Assembly: GCA_964016885.1 (NCBI GenBank) | Contig: OZ024745.1 | Coordinates: forward strand, 96,720,001 to 96,784,000 | DNA length: 64,000 bases | Direction: 5' to 3' | DNA from: Eledone cirrhosa | Lineage: Eukaryota | Part shown: positions 25,044 to 40,216 of the stretch, piece after piece | How the letters are laid out: every line of letters starts with the position of its first letter | Numbering within the stretch: position 1 is the first letter of the stretch | Made by a program: the position numbers and the translations under genes | Notes under the pieces: model-generated | The model's database searches: none | The model's input: only the letters and a program-made list of their open reading frames with translations | What the model was told of the DNA's origin: nothing

Positions 25044-25632
25044 AAATTAAATTAAGGGTGTCATGTCAGAGAGACATGCGCCATATCCAATGTGAGAATA
25101 TGCTCCAAGATTCCAATGAATAGATCCGAGCATTTTATATCGACTAGAAATTGATTGACATATATATATATATCTAAAATAAACATATGACACCCTTAAT
25201 TAAATTTTGGATATATTACGGCTCCTTAATTGTAGAGCTAACTCAGTTGAAAGGACTCGGCTGCTATTTCTGTTCACGCCACTGGGATGAAGCTGATACG
25301 ATGTGTGTATTTTAAAAAAATGCAACACGTGCTGCTAGTCATTCGCAGATTTGGATTTGCTGTGTAAACACAGATAGTTAAATCTTCTCCCTTGTTGAAA
25401 ATCCGATATTTGGCTACTGTGGTTTACCGATCGATTAATGGTGAACTATATTTCTTTAATGAAATATATACAAAGAAGATTAATAAATTCACAAGGTATC
25501 TATATTTAAAGTTCTAGTTAAACTTTAATTAGTTACCTACATAGATATGTGTGTTTACACACTTTTACAAATTATTCCCTGTGATTGTTTTATATATATA
25601 TATATATATATATATGTCAATCAATTTCTAGT

Positions 25633-26230
<598 letters not shown>

Positions 26231-26232
26231 TA

Positions 26233-27700
26233 TATTGTTATACTTTGGGAGGGTGATGTTGCCAATAAGAAACACACGCACCAGTTGCTTTCACTTCAAT
26301 TTATTATTATAAATTTATAAATGTATAAATTTCCGGTTGGTTGGTTGGTTCCACAACCAGATGATTGTTTATATATTGTCAAAGTTCTTTCATCTCACAT
26401 TCTGTGACCTCTTCAGTGACTGGGGATTCTTTTCTTTGTTTTTGTGCCTCTCCTTTGTTCTGTCCTACGCCATCTTGTTTTTGTGTGTGTTGTGTGCTTA
26501 GTTTGTGCATATGTTACATCCGGGTGTTTGTGTGTGTTTATATTTGTTTATTTATTTGTTTATTTACATGTTACTGGTTGGTTGTTTGTTCTATGTGCGT
26601 GTGTGTTTTCATTTTGTCCTTAATTGTAAGTTGTGATGTTGCTGTTCCATTCATGTTTTCTATTTAATTTTGGTTGGAGTTCATTTATATTTATTGCCTC
26701 TGTGATTTGTCTAAATATTGCGTTCTTTTCTGTGTGTAGATTCTATTTTTATTTCTATGTTCTCTAATTTACCCTTGTGTTCTATTTTAGCATATTGGTA
26801 GAGTACAGATGATTCTTTACTATCTTGAAGGTCTCGCCAGTGTTCATTTACCCTTTTCAAAGACCTCCCTGTATAGATAAGAAATGTAAAATCTGTAAAT
26901 TAAGCCCCCATATTAACTGTAAAACTAGAAATGTAGTATATAGCATAATATTACTGAAGGATAATGTAGAGATAATAATATAGTGTACATAGGTGAGACA
27001 GCTCGTAGTATAGGGGAACGGATAAATGAACACTGATGAGACCTTCAAGATTGTAAAGAATCATCTGTACTCTACCAACATGCTAAAATAGAACATAAGG
27101 GTAAATTAGAGAACATAGAAATAAAAATAGAATCTACACACAGAAAAGAACGCAATATTTAGACAAATCACAGAGGCAATAAATATAAATGAACTCCAAC
27201 CAAAATTAAATAGAAAACATGAATGGAACAGCAACATCACAACTTACAATTAAGGACAAAATGAAAACACACAAGCACATAGAACAAACAACCAACCAGT
27301 AACATGTAAATAAACAAATAAATAAACAAATAAATAAACAAATATAAACACACACAGACACCCGGATGTAACACATGCACAAACTAAGCACACAACACAC
27401 ACAAAAACGAGATGGTGTAGGACAGAACAAAGGAGAGGCACAAAAATAAAGAAAAGAATCCCCAGTCACTGAAGAAGTCACAGAATGTGTGACGAAAGAA
27501 CTTTGACAATATATAAACAATCATCTGGTTGTGGAACCAACCAACCAACCGGAAATTTATAAATTTATAAATTTATAAATTTATTATAATAAATTGAAGT
27601 GAAAGCAACTGGTGTGTGTGTTTCTTATTGGCAACATGACCCTTCCAAAGTATAACAATATCGGTTTCAACACACGTTTTCAAATAAAGAATCTTGCTAA
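26233..27700. mobile_element. PLE 3' fragment (GIY-YIG end plus pLTR) as a 1.4-kb inverted duplication
   Basis: The + arm from about 26850 matches the linker/GIY-YIG/3' UTR of the PLE at 43645-45472; 26233-26855 is its reverse complement; HHRs at 27465-27507 (+) and 26378-26420 (-). Confidence 0.88.
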
Positions 27701-27713
27701 ACAAATTCAGAAA

Positions 27714-27767
<54 letters not shown>

Positions 27768-27798
27768 CAATTCGCCGTCCTTCCTTCTCTCTATCTCA

Positions 27799-27838
<40 letters not shown>

Positions 27839-28320
27839 GAGGGTGGCAGTAAGAAAAGTCGGCGAAGTGGTGAGCACTAAGAACCATTTCGATACCAAAC
27901 TGCCAGAAATCGGCACCACTGGTTCTATCATGTGTTTAAGTGTTTATATCTATCTAAAAGCACTCCACCGTAAATTTATGTAAGTACCTTTGTTAAAATT
28001 ATGTTGGTGGTGGTGGTGGTGGTGGTGGTAGCAGTGTTCATGCTTGTGCAAATTTTTTAAAGCGGGAAGTTGACTTTGGACCTTTCCCGTGCAAGGTTAT
28101 TGTTGTTTTATGTTGATTTCCTTTAACTGATGGCTGTTCCATGTTGCGGACAGCAGGCTGTTCATTTCAGCGGATGAATTTTTCTCGTCCGCCATATCAA
28201 TTTAAAGAAAAGGAAAGGACAGATATGTTTGTGATAAAGAAACACAAATATAGCCTTTATGCGCCACAGATAAAGAGAAACCAACTAGCTCCCCAAGAAG
28301 ATGGTTGGTTTAGCCACAAA

Positions 28321-28897
28321 ACAAGATAGTGTAGGAGAGAACAAAGAAGAAACACACAAAATAAAAACCTAGTCACTGAGAAAGGTCACAGAATGCATGA
28401 CGAAAGAGATTTGACAATATATAAACAACCTTCCGGTTATCAAACCAACCAACAAACCAACCGGAAACTTATAATAAATTGAGATGAAAACCAACAGGTG
28501 TGTGTGTTTTTATTGGCAGCATGACCCTCCCAAAGTATAACAATATCTGTTTCAACACACGTTTTCAGATAAGAAATCTCGCAAAACGAATTCAAAATCG
28601 AATTATGTAAATAAATAAACACACACACACCCGGATGTAACGCATTCACAGACTAAGCATACAACGCACAACACACAAAAACAAGATGGTGTAGGACAAA
28701 ATAAAGGAGAGACACAACATAAAAACCTAGTCACTGAGGAGGTCAGAGAATATATGACGAAAGAGCTTTGACAATATATAAACAACTTTCCGGTTATCAA
28801 AGCAACCAACAAACCGGAAACTTATAATACATTGAGGTGAAAACTAACAGGTGCGTGTGTTTTTATTGGCAGCATGACCCTCCCAAAGTATATCAAT
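28321..28897 (+). mobile_element. Two tandem diverged pLTR copies (period about 360 bp) of the same PLE family
   Basis: Similar to 27405-27700; HHR-like motifs at 28372-28415 (degenerate core) and 28730-28772 (CTGAGGA). Confidence 0.75.
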
Positions 28898-29282
28898 AAT
28901 GTATAATGTTCATACAAAAATGTTTCAAAATCAATTATTATTATTGGTTGTTGTTGTTGTTGTTACATGAGAGACACTTGTATACTGACGCAACAAACCG
29001 GGATCAGATTCGATATTTCAAATAATACACAGAACATATATCATTCCATGGCTGGACAAATCAATGACAGGGTCACGAAACCTTGAAATAGGTCGTCTAC
29101 ACGTGAGAAAACATGCACACGAGCATGAAATATCAATATATAGTTTTAAAAAATATAAAAAGAAAACATCGCCAAAGACTCAATTGAAAACCTTGAAAAC
29201 AAAAAGAAAAAAGAAAATATCTTATTTAATGAAACACGCCTTATATGTATATATGTATATAAATTGCTTTACACACACATTC

Positions 29283-29345
<63 letters not shown>

Positions 29346-29376
29346 TATGTGTATTTGTGTATATATATATACACAC

Positions 29377-29435
<59 letters not shown>

Positions 29436-29446
29436 CATATATATAT

Positions 29447-29492
<46 letters not shown>

Positions 29493-29541
29493 GAAAGGTA
29501 TAGAAATTATTGTAGCGAGAAGCTAACACTAAGTATTCCAT

Positions 29542-29573
<32 letters not shown>

Positions 29574-29631
29574 CGTGTCTGTGGTCTGTGCGTGTGTGTG
29601 TGTATATGTGTGTGTATATATATATAAATAA

Positions 29632-29713
<82 letters not shown>

Positions 29714-30292
29714 ATATATATATGCAGGTATACACGCACATACAGGCTGTCAGAAAATTTACACCGTTGCTACGAGTAATTGTAGATGCTGGCGTGTGCG
29801 ATTGATTGTGTGTGTGTGTGTGTGTGTGCGTGCCTGCATGTGTAAGCGTGTGCGCCTGTTACAACTAACGGTTGTACATACACACCCACAAAAGTACACA
29901 TTTAACACCCATTTTCTTACTTTCTCTTTTCCCCCTGCATGCTTTAACCGCCCCCAAGTTTGTACTATGACACACACTTTTTCCCCTCCTCCCCCATTCC
30001 CCCCCCCCTTCTCCTCCTCCTACTCCTACTCCTTCCCTATCTCTCTCTCTCTCTTTCTCTGTTCATAGTTCCATCCAAAAATTAGCCATCCGTTGACTGC
30101 TGCATCAAGTCTTTAAGACGATTGACTGAGTCATCATTGTATAATGTGTTGCAATATAAACTTGGTTGGTTAACAACTTATTCTTGCCAGCGTCTGGAGT
30201 CAAGGGGAAGAGCGATTTGGATTTGAGTGTTATAGCATACTGTATACTGTTCCTTTATATTTTTACACAAACACGTACACCCATAACTACAC

Positions 30293-30745
30293 ATGAATTT
30301 GTATATATGTATTATGTACGTATGTATTTATATATGTAAGTACGTACGCACCTATGGATACATTTATGTATACATTTGCGTATGGATGTATGTATTTATG
30401 TATGCATGTATACATTCATTATGTATGTACGTATGTACGTATTCATGTATTATGTATTTATACATGTACGCATGTATTTATGTATGTATGTTTGTATGTA
30501 TATGTGTATTTATATATGTATATATGTATGTATGTATGTATTCATGTATTACGTATTTATACATGTACGCGTGTATTTATGTATGTACTTACCTATGTAT
30601 GTGTGTATGTGTAAGTGTATCTATATGTGTATGTATGTATGTATGTATGTATGTATGTATGTATGTATGTATGTATGTATGTTGTATGTATATATGTATG
30701 TATCTATGTATGTACGTTTGTATATGTGTATCTATATATGTGATT
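30293..30745. repeat. Degenerate (TATG)n tract
   Basis: Seen directly. Confidence 0.9.
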
Positions 30746-31389
30746 TTTGGATGAAGAGATGACCCCTTAGCTTTTGTCAAGGCAGAATTCTAGGAGAAGG
30801 AAAACTCTGATATAACACCTGCAACCCTGATGGTATCCAATGATGTTGACTTTTTCTTTTTGGTAAATATCATCTTGGTTAAGAGAGTGGGACTGGCTTT
30901 GTGCAGTGCCTTTGCTCACTATAAAAGCTTCACGGCACAGACATTGCTTTATATCTGGAGATCTCTCTGCACTTGTCGTCACATGGTACCATGGACCCAG
31001 CACTATGTGTCAATAATTGTCACAAGTGTAGTGTTTGTACCAGAGTTTTCAAGTCGCTGGCTGGACTAAAACGTCACACTCGTTCAGCGTATCGGTAGGG
31101 GTTATCTTACATGGATATAAAGTAGTGGCCGTACTCGAAAACGAGTTGGCAGCCACCATCTATATATGTATGTATGTTTGTATATATGTATGTATGTTTG
31201 TATGTATGTATATATGTATGTATGTTGTATTGCTGAATTACTATATGACTACATTCCAGCCGACTATGGTCAGGGTATTATATAAGTTAAAATCGACTTT
31301 TTTTGGCAGATTTGCCTTATATCCTCCCAAAAGGAGAATTTGGCTTAAATTATATATAAATATGTTATATACATATATATTCAAATAAA

Positions 31390-31582
31390 TAATCGTTTCT
31401 ACTTTAGGCACAAGGCCAGCAATTACCCAGTACATTACTGGTACTTTATTTTATCGACCCCGTAAGGATGAAAGGCAAAGTTAACCTCGGCGGGATTTGA
31501 ACTCAGACTGTAAAGGGACGTAACTATGGTAGAAAGCATAGCGTCCGACCCTCTACCGATACTGCCAATCCACCGCCCCGCC
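31390..31582 (-). mobile_element. tRNA-derived SINE (first family)
   Basis: Reverse complement of the SINE at 1705-1900. Confidence 0.8.
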
Positions 31583-31614
31583 ATTATAAATAATATTTAT
31601 ATATATATAAATAG

Positions 31615-31828
31615 TGAAGGCATGTGACTGATTAGTAAGAGAAGTGGATTCGCAATCGTGAGGGTGTCAGTTCCATTCCTGGACCGAGCAATGCGTTATG
31701 TCCTTGAGTAAGACACTTTTATTTCACGTTGCTCCTTCTACCTGGAGTTGCGATCGATATTAGTAATTGGAAAGACCAACGGAAACTTTGTTTCCTCGCT
31801 CCGATTTGACGAAAATCGATCGACTACC
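31615..31828 (+). mobile_element. tRNA-derived SINE (second family)
   Basis: Matches 8765-8985. Confidence 0.8.
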
Positions 31829-31874
31829 TATATATATTAGAGAGATAGGGAGAGAGATAGATAGATAGATAGAT

Positions 31875-31917
<43 letters not shown>

Positions 31918-32117
31918 CCGACCGCGGTGCCAAGCAGTTTCGACTCGTCTATTCAGCAAGCCTTTTGAAGCGGTATCCTCGGTCTCATATATTTCTTCAA
32001 TTAAAGAGAGTTAGTTCATTTAGAATCAGTCGACTTTTAATAACACACACTAAGCACTCAACGGTATGTGTTTTTATCCGGAGTTTTGTTATTATATTAA
32101 TAAACATACAGGGCACT

Positions 32118-32302
32118 GGATGGCAGTATCGGTAGAGGGTCGGACACCATACGTTTTTGCATAGAGTTAGGTCCCTTTACAGTCTGAGTTCAAATCCCGC
32201 CAAGTTTAACTTTGCCTTTCATCCTTACAGGGTCGATAAAATAAAGTACCAGTAATACACTAGGATAATTGCTGGCCTTGTGCTAAAAGTAGAAACAATT
32301 AT
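32118..32302 (+). mobile_element. tRNA-derived SINE (first family)
   Basis: Same core and tail as 1490-2130. Confidence 0.8.
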
Positions 32303-32321
32303 TATATATATATATATATAA

Positions 32322-34208
32322 GTATGTATACCTACATACATATATGTATACAGACGTACAGTAGTATGTATATATATGTACATACATGCACACATATATA
32401 TATGTACGTATGGATTCACCGAACATTTATTATTATGCTCGGTGTGTTTGTAAACAAAAATCCCGAATTAAGCCGTACAGTGTCTAGCAACCATCGTTGC
32501 TCATTTGTTCAACACTGACAAAGGAATGCTGTACTAGTTTCAAGCTTATTAGCTATCGTCAGCAACGTATACCTTCCTGCCAGATGATTGAACGTCTGAA
32601 AGTATATACTTTCCTTCTGCATATTAACGGCTAAGCAGCCTCATTTACATATCGAGTGAGTTAATCGGCCGGGGTACTGAAAACGATAAACGGAAAAACT
32701 GAAACGAAATTTCATTTCTCACTCTTAGTACGGCTGTTACTTAAATATAAGTATGTATACATACATATATGTATACAGACGTACAATAGTATGTATATAT
32801 ATATACATACATGCACACATATATATATATATGTACGTATGGATTCACCGAACATTTATTATTATGCTCGGTGTGTTTGTAAACAAAAATTCCGAATTAA
32901 GCCGTACAGTGTCTAGCAACCATCGTTGCTCATTTGTTCAACACTGACAAAGGAATGCTGTACTAGTTTCAAGCTTATTAGCTATCGTCAGCAACGTATA
33001 CCTTCCTGCCAGATGATTGAACGTCTGAAAGTATATACTTTCCTTCTGCATATTAACGGCTAAGCAGCCTCATTTACATATCGAGTGAGTTAATCGGCCG
33101 GGGTACCGAAAACGATAAACGGAAAAAATGAAACGAAATTTCATTTCTCACTCTTAGTACGGCTGTTACTTAAATATAAGTATGTATACATACATATATG
33201 TATACAGACGTACAATAGTATGTATATATATATACATACATGCACACATATATATATATGTACGTATGGATTCACCGAACATTTATTATTATGCTCGGTG
33301 TGTTTGTAAACAAACATCCCGAATTAAGCCGTACAGTGTCTAGCAACCATCGTTGCTCATTTGTCCAACACTGACAAAGGAACGCTGTACTAGTTTCAAG
33401 CTTATTATCGTCAGCAACGTATACCTTCCTGCCAGATGATTGAACGTCTGAAAGTATATACTTTCCTTATGCATATTAACGGCTGAGCAGCCTAATTTGC
33501 ATATCGAGTGAGTTAATCGGCCGGGGTACCAAATGAGCAACGATGGTTGCTAAGCACTGTACGGCTTAATTCGGGATGTTTGTTTACAAACACACCGAGC
33601 ATAATAATAAATGTTCGGTGAATCCATACGTACATATATATATATGTGTGTGCATGTATGTATATATATACATACTACTGTACGTCTGTATACATATATG
33701 TATGTACGTATACATACTTATATTTAAGTAACAGCCGTACTAAGAGTGTGAAATGAAATTTCGTTTCATTTTTTCCGTTTATCGTTTTCGGTACCCCGGC
33801 CGATTAACTCACTCAATATGAAAATTAGGCTGCTCAGTCGTTAATATGCATAAGGAAAGTATATACTTTCAGACGTTCAATCATTTGGCAGGAAGGTATA
33901 CGTTGCTGACGATAGCTAATAAGCTTGAAACTAGTATAGCGTTCCTTTATCAGTGTTGAACAAATGAGCAACGATGGTTGCTAGACACTGTACGGCTTAA
34001 TTCGGGATGTTTGCTTACAAACACACCGAGCATAATAATAAATGTTCGGTGAATTCATGCGTACATATATATATGTGTGCATGTATGTATATATGTATAT
34101 ACATACTACTGTACATCTGTATACATATATGTATGTACGTATACATACTTATATTTAAGTAACAGCCGTACTAAGAGTGAGAAATGAAATTTCGTTTCAT
34201 TTTTTCCG
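32322..34208. repeat. Tandem array of 429-bp HHR-containing units with an inverted block
   Basis: Units start at 32322, 32751 and 33180; orientation flips at 33531; HHRs at 32523, 32952, 33379 (minus) and 33891 (plus). Confidence 0.9.
33891..33945 (+). ncRNA. Type I hammerhead ribozyme
   Basis: GGAAGGTATACGTTG CTGACGA TAGCT-AATA-AGCTT GAA ACTAGT A TAGCGTTCC. Confidence 0.85.
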
Positions 34209-34933
34209 TATATCTCTATCTCTCTATATATATATACACACACGCGAAGAGAGGGAGGGAGAGAAAGAGGGTGGGAGTGATGTAGAAAGAGATGTGTTCG
34301 TGAGTGTATGTAAGGCTTTAGACACTAATATGGAGATGAACTGATGAAATTGCCTTACATCCTGAAAGGGATTAAGAATGCTGGGCGCCTATAACTGTCA
34401 AAATGAACGAATTATAGATTGAATGTATAACAGAATAAAGGAATAAATGAATTATTTGACAAAGTGAGAATTTATCTGAAGAAGATATTTATTTATAGGC
34501 CTATATTTTTATCTCTAGAGACAGATGAACAGTTTTACAAATAGCATAGCTAGTAATACAAATTTCAGAAGTGTTATATATGCATGCAATTCCTCAAATG
34601 AAATGTTAAAATTGGACTAAAGAAAAATCTCTGTTACGCAATTAAAATACTATCATAGCTTTAATGTATTGGATATAGGGAAATATATAAGTATAGAAAT
34701 TATATTCTGTATAGAACAGTTGGAAGTTAGATTACATTTTGTAATGCACGCGAAAACTGATTCAGTACAGTTATTCTATTTTGGCGAAATTCCACGCTAT
34801 ATTAATTAAAACTGGTAAGGTGTAAATATTATGGACAATAGATGTACGTATATGTGTGATGCATTTACGCGGGCACGTGCACACACATGCACATTGCACA
34901 TAGAAACATACTCACAGACTCACGTGCACACGC

Positions 34934-34996
<63 letters not shown>

Positions 34997-35078
34997 ATAT
35001 CCTCTTACTGTTGGCGAAAGTCTAGGTGGATGTAAAGACTGCAATTTATATTGATGGCTTCGAATCACTCTCTCCCCC

Positions 35079-35125
<47 letters not shown>

Positions 35126-35964
35126 CTCTATCTATCTATCTATCAATCTCTCTCTCTATCTCTCTCTCTCTCTATCTCTCTATCTATCTCCCTGTCTCAC
35201 ACTCTCACCTTTTTCTTTCTCGTTATCACTAACAATAACACATTGTCTGCTAAAACTGCATTATTAAAGCTCCGATTTCTCATTAGAGCCTGGAAATACT
35301 TCATAACCAAAGGATTGTAGTCTAGGGATTAATATGTTCGACTCACAATTAAATAGTTATGGGTTCAACTACTGGGCCTGTCGATGCCTTGTTTTTCTTC
35401 AGCAAAATACTTCATTTCCCGTTGCAGCTCCTGCCAGGAGTTACGACCAGCAAGAAACTATCAGCAATAGAAAGATCAATAGAAACACTATTTCTTTTGG
35501 CCGAGTTAACTATTAGCCTATTTCCTTTCTCCCTTTTTTATCGATCAATTGTTGATCCTCTACAAAGCAGCTTAAGTAAGACTCTATTGGAGTAATGTTA
35601 ACATTGGCAATGAGATGTTTGTGAAGTTTGCAGCTAACTGCATTAACAAAGTGTACCTCTAGTATTTCTATAATGTGAAGTGAGCTGTTTTATGTATATA
35701 GTAGTTGTTATGATTTAATATGAAGAGTTTAGAGAGCCAGAGAAAGGGGTGTATAATCTACAATGTATCTAATACACAGCTTATTGTGGGAGTGTACAAA
35801 CAAAATATTAGTTCCATCATTTAGTATCTGTCACTGTTACAGTATATCGCTACAACGTTTGTCTATTTTTTCTTACTTTTCGATATCTTCTATATGTATT
35901 GTGAATGCTGTGGCGGTGTTATATGCAATCCTTGGTATATTTATTTTGTGTATTTGGTAAATTT

Positions 35965-36170
35965 ATATTGTTGGGTTTGATTATCCGGATCAGTTGAAGA
36001 CGGTTACTTCTGACAGGACCCGCTGGAAGGAGTGTTCGAGGAAGAAGAAGAAGAAGAAGAAGAAGAAGAAGAAGAAGAAGAAGAAGAAGAAGAAGAAGAA
36101 GAAGAAGAAGAAGAAGAAGAAGAAGAAGAAGAAGAAGAAGAAGAAGAAGAAGAAGAAGAAGAAGAAGGAG
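35965..36170 (+). mobile_element. RTE-type LINE 3' tip with long (GAA)n tail
   Basis: QLKTVTSDRTRWKECSR then (AAG)n; similar to 808-1010. Confidence 0.55.
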
Positions 36171-36499
36171 GAGTTTGATTATTGGTTGCAATAGTTTTTT
36201 TTGTGTGTCGTTGGGAAGAAATAGCCATGGTGGGTTTTGCTGGTGCTACTTTGAGTTTTGAAGCAAATTGCTTAGGTAGTTGGTGTAGAGTAGACTATTG
36301 GGAGGTTGTAACTGTGATGACATATATGCATAAGGTTATATGTATGCTTGTCAGATTTGTCACAATATGATGACTATATGTAGACACAGACACACGCACA
36401 ATTAGACATGAAAACCATTGAGGTGCCATCAGCATGGAAAATAAATACTAATGTAAGCGATAAAACAATGAATATGGAGAACATACCCAGCTTTTTTTA

Positions 36500-37020
36500 A
36501 TTTATTATTATTGTCTGTTGGGAGGTGTTAAAGTATTTTGTTTATAAGTGGGGAACAAGGCGTAGAATCGAAAGCATTGCTGACATCAATAGTAGTTAAA
36601 ATGGTGTGTGACGGATTTTTGTGGTTTTTATTATTGAAACAAAACATCTATTTGTTTTTAAGGTCTTGGAGTAATGTGCTGGTTGTGGACCCCTATTTGG
36701 AGAGAATGTGTGATTTGTGATATCAAAGACTTGTTTTCTAAGATGTTTTCTAGTGTGTATAGGAGGGAGGTGGATGTGTATGATGCTATTTCCACTATGT
36801 TTGGGGTTGGGGGGGGGAGTTGGGTTGGATAGAAGTTTTATAGGTGTAATGATGTTTGCCTAGGTTCCTGATTTCGGAGATCTTACAGCGTTGGTACGAG
36901 TAATTGTAAATGATAGCTAATGCATTAGCTCCCTCAGGTTTTAGGTTTTCTAGGCATGTGCTTGTGATCTTATCGGACCCTGGGGCCTTTGAGCTTTTCG
37001 ATATACCTATTGATTTTTTC
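36500..37020 (-). pseudogene. Degenerate LINE RT fragment
   Basis: Manual translation SKAPGSDKITSTCLENLKPEGANALAIIYNYSY resembles the KAPGPD region at the start of an RT domain. Confidence 0.5.
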
Positions 37021-37049
37021 GTGGCCTATTGAAGAAAAGGGACTTTAAA

Positions 37050-37860
37050 TCAAGAAAATATTTTTTTATGGTGAACCTGATTCATTCTAATTGCACAAAA
37101 GCCAAAATGATTTCACTGAGTTGAAACAACGAATTTTTATATTCACATAAACTCTACAGATTAAGACCACAAAATTTTTTTCAATCAAGGTTTTATATAC
37201 ATACACACCAAGCTTCACGTTTCCGATATTACGAGAAGTGTCCATAACACGGAAGGATCACAAAACTGACTTTACAAATAGAGGCAGCTACATTAGATTT
37301 ATTCAGTAAAGATACTCATTAAAAGATACTAAGATCAATATTAGGAAGTTTACTGAACTCCAATAATGAACCAAGAGCAGATCGCTTATATCCTTGTTAA
37401 GAAAGCGTTCATAAATATTTACCCTTCAATATCAAGACTTCTATTAGTTGTAGCTTTAGATTTGCACAGCGCGCGTCTCTGTTTTTCTATTGTGGCTTCA
37501 ATTGTACGAAAAACACTGAAACATGGTATCTACCTGATGTCTTGATAGGGTCACATGACAGCTCTGTGTGACCTTGTATAATCCTAGACATCCTCAAGTA
37601 CAGAAACCCTAGTGACATCATTAGTCTATATCGTGATATTGATCCTGCGATTGCAAACCATTGAAATGACCAAACATTAGACTCTTTTCATAAAGAACTA
37701 CCAGCTGCCTCCAATAAATTGAGCTTTACGGTAATTGTAGCAAATAACTTATCAAAGGCAGACATTTTGATGTAACAATGATTTAGTATCAGGAACATAT
37801 GAGCCCTTCCATAAACAAAATAAAAGGCTTAGCAATATAACACGTCTATCTACATGTACC
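37050..37860 (+). pseudogene. Highly degenerate Naiad-type PLE RT fragment
   Basis: Remnants IGSHDS, LYRD, DVTM..VSGTYEPFHKQN that parallel the ORF at 40217. Confidence 0.55.
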
Positions 37861-38499
37861 AATCCTTAACACCCCTATTTTTCCATTGCATTCAAGTTCT
37901 ATCCTACCTTCCCCTAATTATACATCTGTGTGCTTATCCATGTGTTGTGAACCATCTCTCTTATGGTATTAACTTTTGGTCTAACCGATACTCAAGTTCG
38001 GTTATTAGACCTGATATTATAATTGCAAAAGGCAAATGTATGATGAGCCTGTGTTTACATATCTACATTAATACACAAGCATTTACATACGAATAAACTC
38101 TATAGTTCTACTTTATTTATAGTAAATTTAATTCTCGTAGCCATTAAAGGGAAAGAACAAAAGTTAAAACAGAGTTAACACTTCTTAGTAAACTCTTCAT
38201 CTTTATCAGACGAGAACAAAATCTCGCTTTTTGACGTTTGTTAACGAATTTTAACGAACCGCCATATTATACAGTGTGATTTAAACACCAGATAATATCA
38301 ACTTCACACGCGTAACCGATGATCAAACACATATCTATGTATGTACTCGTTATAAAACAAGTATAATTATGTATGTGTGCATTTGTGTTAGTGTATAATA
38401 TACATGTTTTTCTATCTTTATATTCATCAATACATACAGATGTATTGAATAGGCGCACTCGTATGTCCAACAGTGTCTGAGTAGATGTGTCTATACTCC

Positions 38500-38660
38500 G
38501 ATTGTGGCTTTGTAGTTAGGGTGTTCGGCTCACGATCGTAAGGTAGTGAGTTCGATTCCCGGTGGCATGCTGCTCCAGTTCACATAAATGAGAACTACAT
38601 TAAGTGTGCACGTGTCTGTGGAATGTTCAGGCACTTGCACTAGTATTAATTTTACGAGGA
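38500..38660 (+). mobile_element. Degenerate tRNA-derived SINE
   Basis: TGTGGCTTTGTAGTTAGG..GAGTTCGATTCCCGG. Confidence 0.6.
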
Positions 38661-38699
38661 AACGAGATAAGATGACAAATATGGAACCACATCAACAGT

Positions 38700-38755
38700 G
38701 ACTGCAACGGCAACGACAACCACCATCACCAACACAATCACAAATGACAACAACA

Positions 38756-38798
<43 letters not shown>

Positions 38799-39052
38799 TT
38801 ACCAACACCACAACGACAACCACAATCACCATTACAATCACCACAACGACAACAACTACAACTACTACGACAACAACAACCAACACCACCATCACCACAA
38901 CTACCACACAACAACAATAACAACTGCTACTACAACAATTACAATGACAACGTCAACAACCACCATCAACAACTGCAACAACAACAACAACAACAATCAC
39001 CACAACGACAACTACCACCACCACTACCACCAACAACAACAACTACAACAAT
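38700..39052. repeat. (CAA/CTA/CAC)n trinucleotide low-complexity tract
   Basis: Seen directly. Confidence 0.9.
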
Positions 39053-39397
39053 TAAAAAAAAATCCCAGTAAAGTAACGATTAGGTCTACGAACACGTTAT
39101 ATATTGATACCAAAGATAAAAGCAATGACACTGATGATACATTTACCAAATGAACTCTTTATTTTTTTTATTTACGTTTTATGTTTCGTTTTCCGTTTCA
39201 TTTCACGATTTCCTGTTGGATTTTTAATTCTATTTAGGGATAAACATTTTATGGCAAATGAAGTTATCTATTAATATTAAATTAATAGACTATAAAACAT
39301 TATAGGCTACGACACAGCTGAAATGTTAATAGATAATGTTCGCGTTTATATATACAGATATACACACAGACAAATACAAATATATGTATGTATATAT

Positions 39398-39493
<96 letters not shown>

Positions 39494-39641
39494 GTATATA
39501 TATATATATATATATGTATGTATTTATATATGTATGTATGTATATGTATTTATGTATTAAGTATATATGTGTGTCTGTGTATGTTCATCTGTACATATAA
39601 CGGCGCACATTACCTATTAAACAGGTTCAGCCGTGTAGTTG

Positions 39642-39738
<97 letters not shown>

Positions 39739-39825
39739 AAAAGTTCTATTTAAATTGTTGGGATACAACAAGCAAATATTTTTATAACTGATATAAAGCA
39801 CTCAACAAATAATTGGAGTAAAAAT

Positions 39826-40075
39826 ACGATATTAACAAATAGAAAGTATATTTATAAAACCATATTTATTTCATTATACATATTTCAGACTATTCGGGAG
39901 CTTCCAACAGTAATGGTTGCATTCTTTAAGGGTATGTCAATATTTATTTATAAAACTGCTCTATATTATATTTTATCTGATGAAAGCACACCATAATATA
40001 ACTTGGTGTCCTTGAAATATGTATAATGAAATAAATATGGTTTTATAAATATAGTTTCCATTTGTTAATATCGTA
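39826..40075 (+). mobile_element. Small fold-back pLTR remnant with an HHR at 39969-40033
   Basis: About 60-bp inverted arms; TATTTTAT CTGATGA AAGCACACCA..TGGTGTCCTT GAA ATATGTAT A ATGAAATA. Confidence 0.72.
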
Positions 40076-40216
40076 TATATATATATATATATATATACAG
40101 ATAAATCCACCAATTAATGGTAGGGTCTAAACCCTATGAAGAACTCAATGTAATCCGTATGTAGAAGATGTCGTGAAGCAAAGTTTATTTTCGCCAAAAG
40201 TAGATCGGACCTAACT

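Noticed and set aside
29060-29100. HHR-like ATGACAG GGT..ACCTT GAAA
   Set aside because: Core too degenerate to support
31930-31965. HHR-like motif on minus strand (CTGAATA GAC-GA-GTC GAAAC)
   Set aside because: Core mismatch and no clear stem I or III
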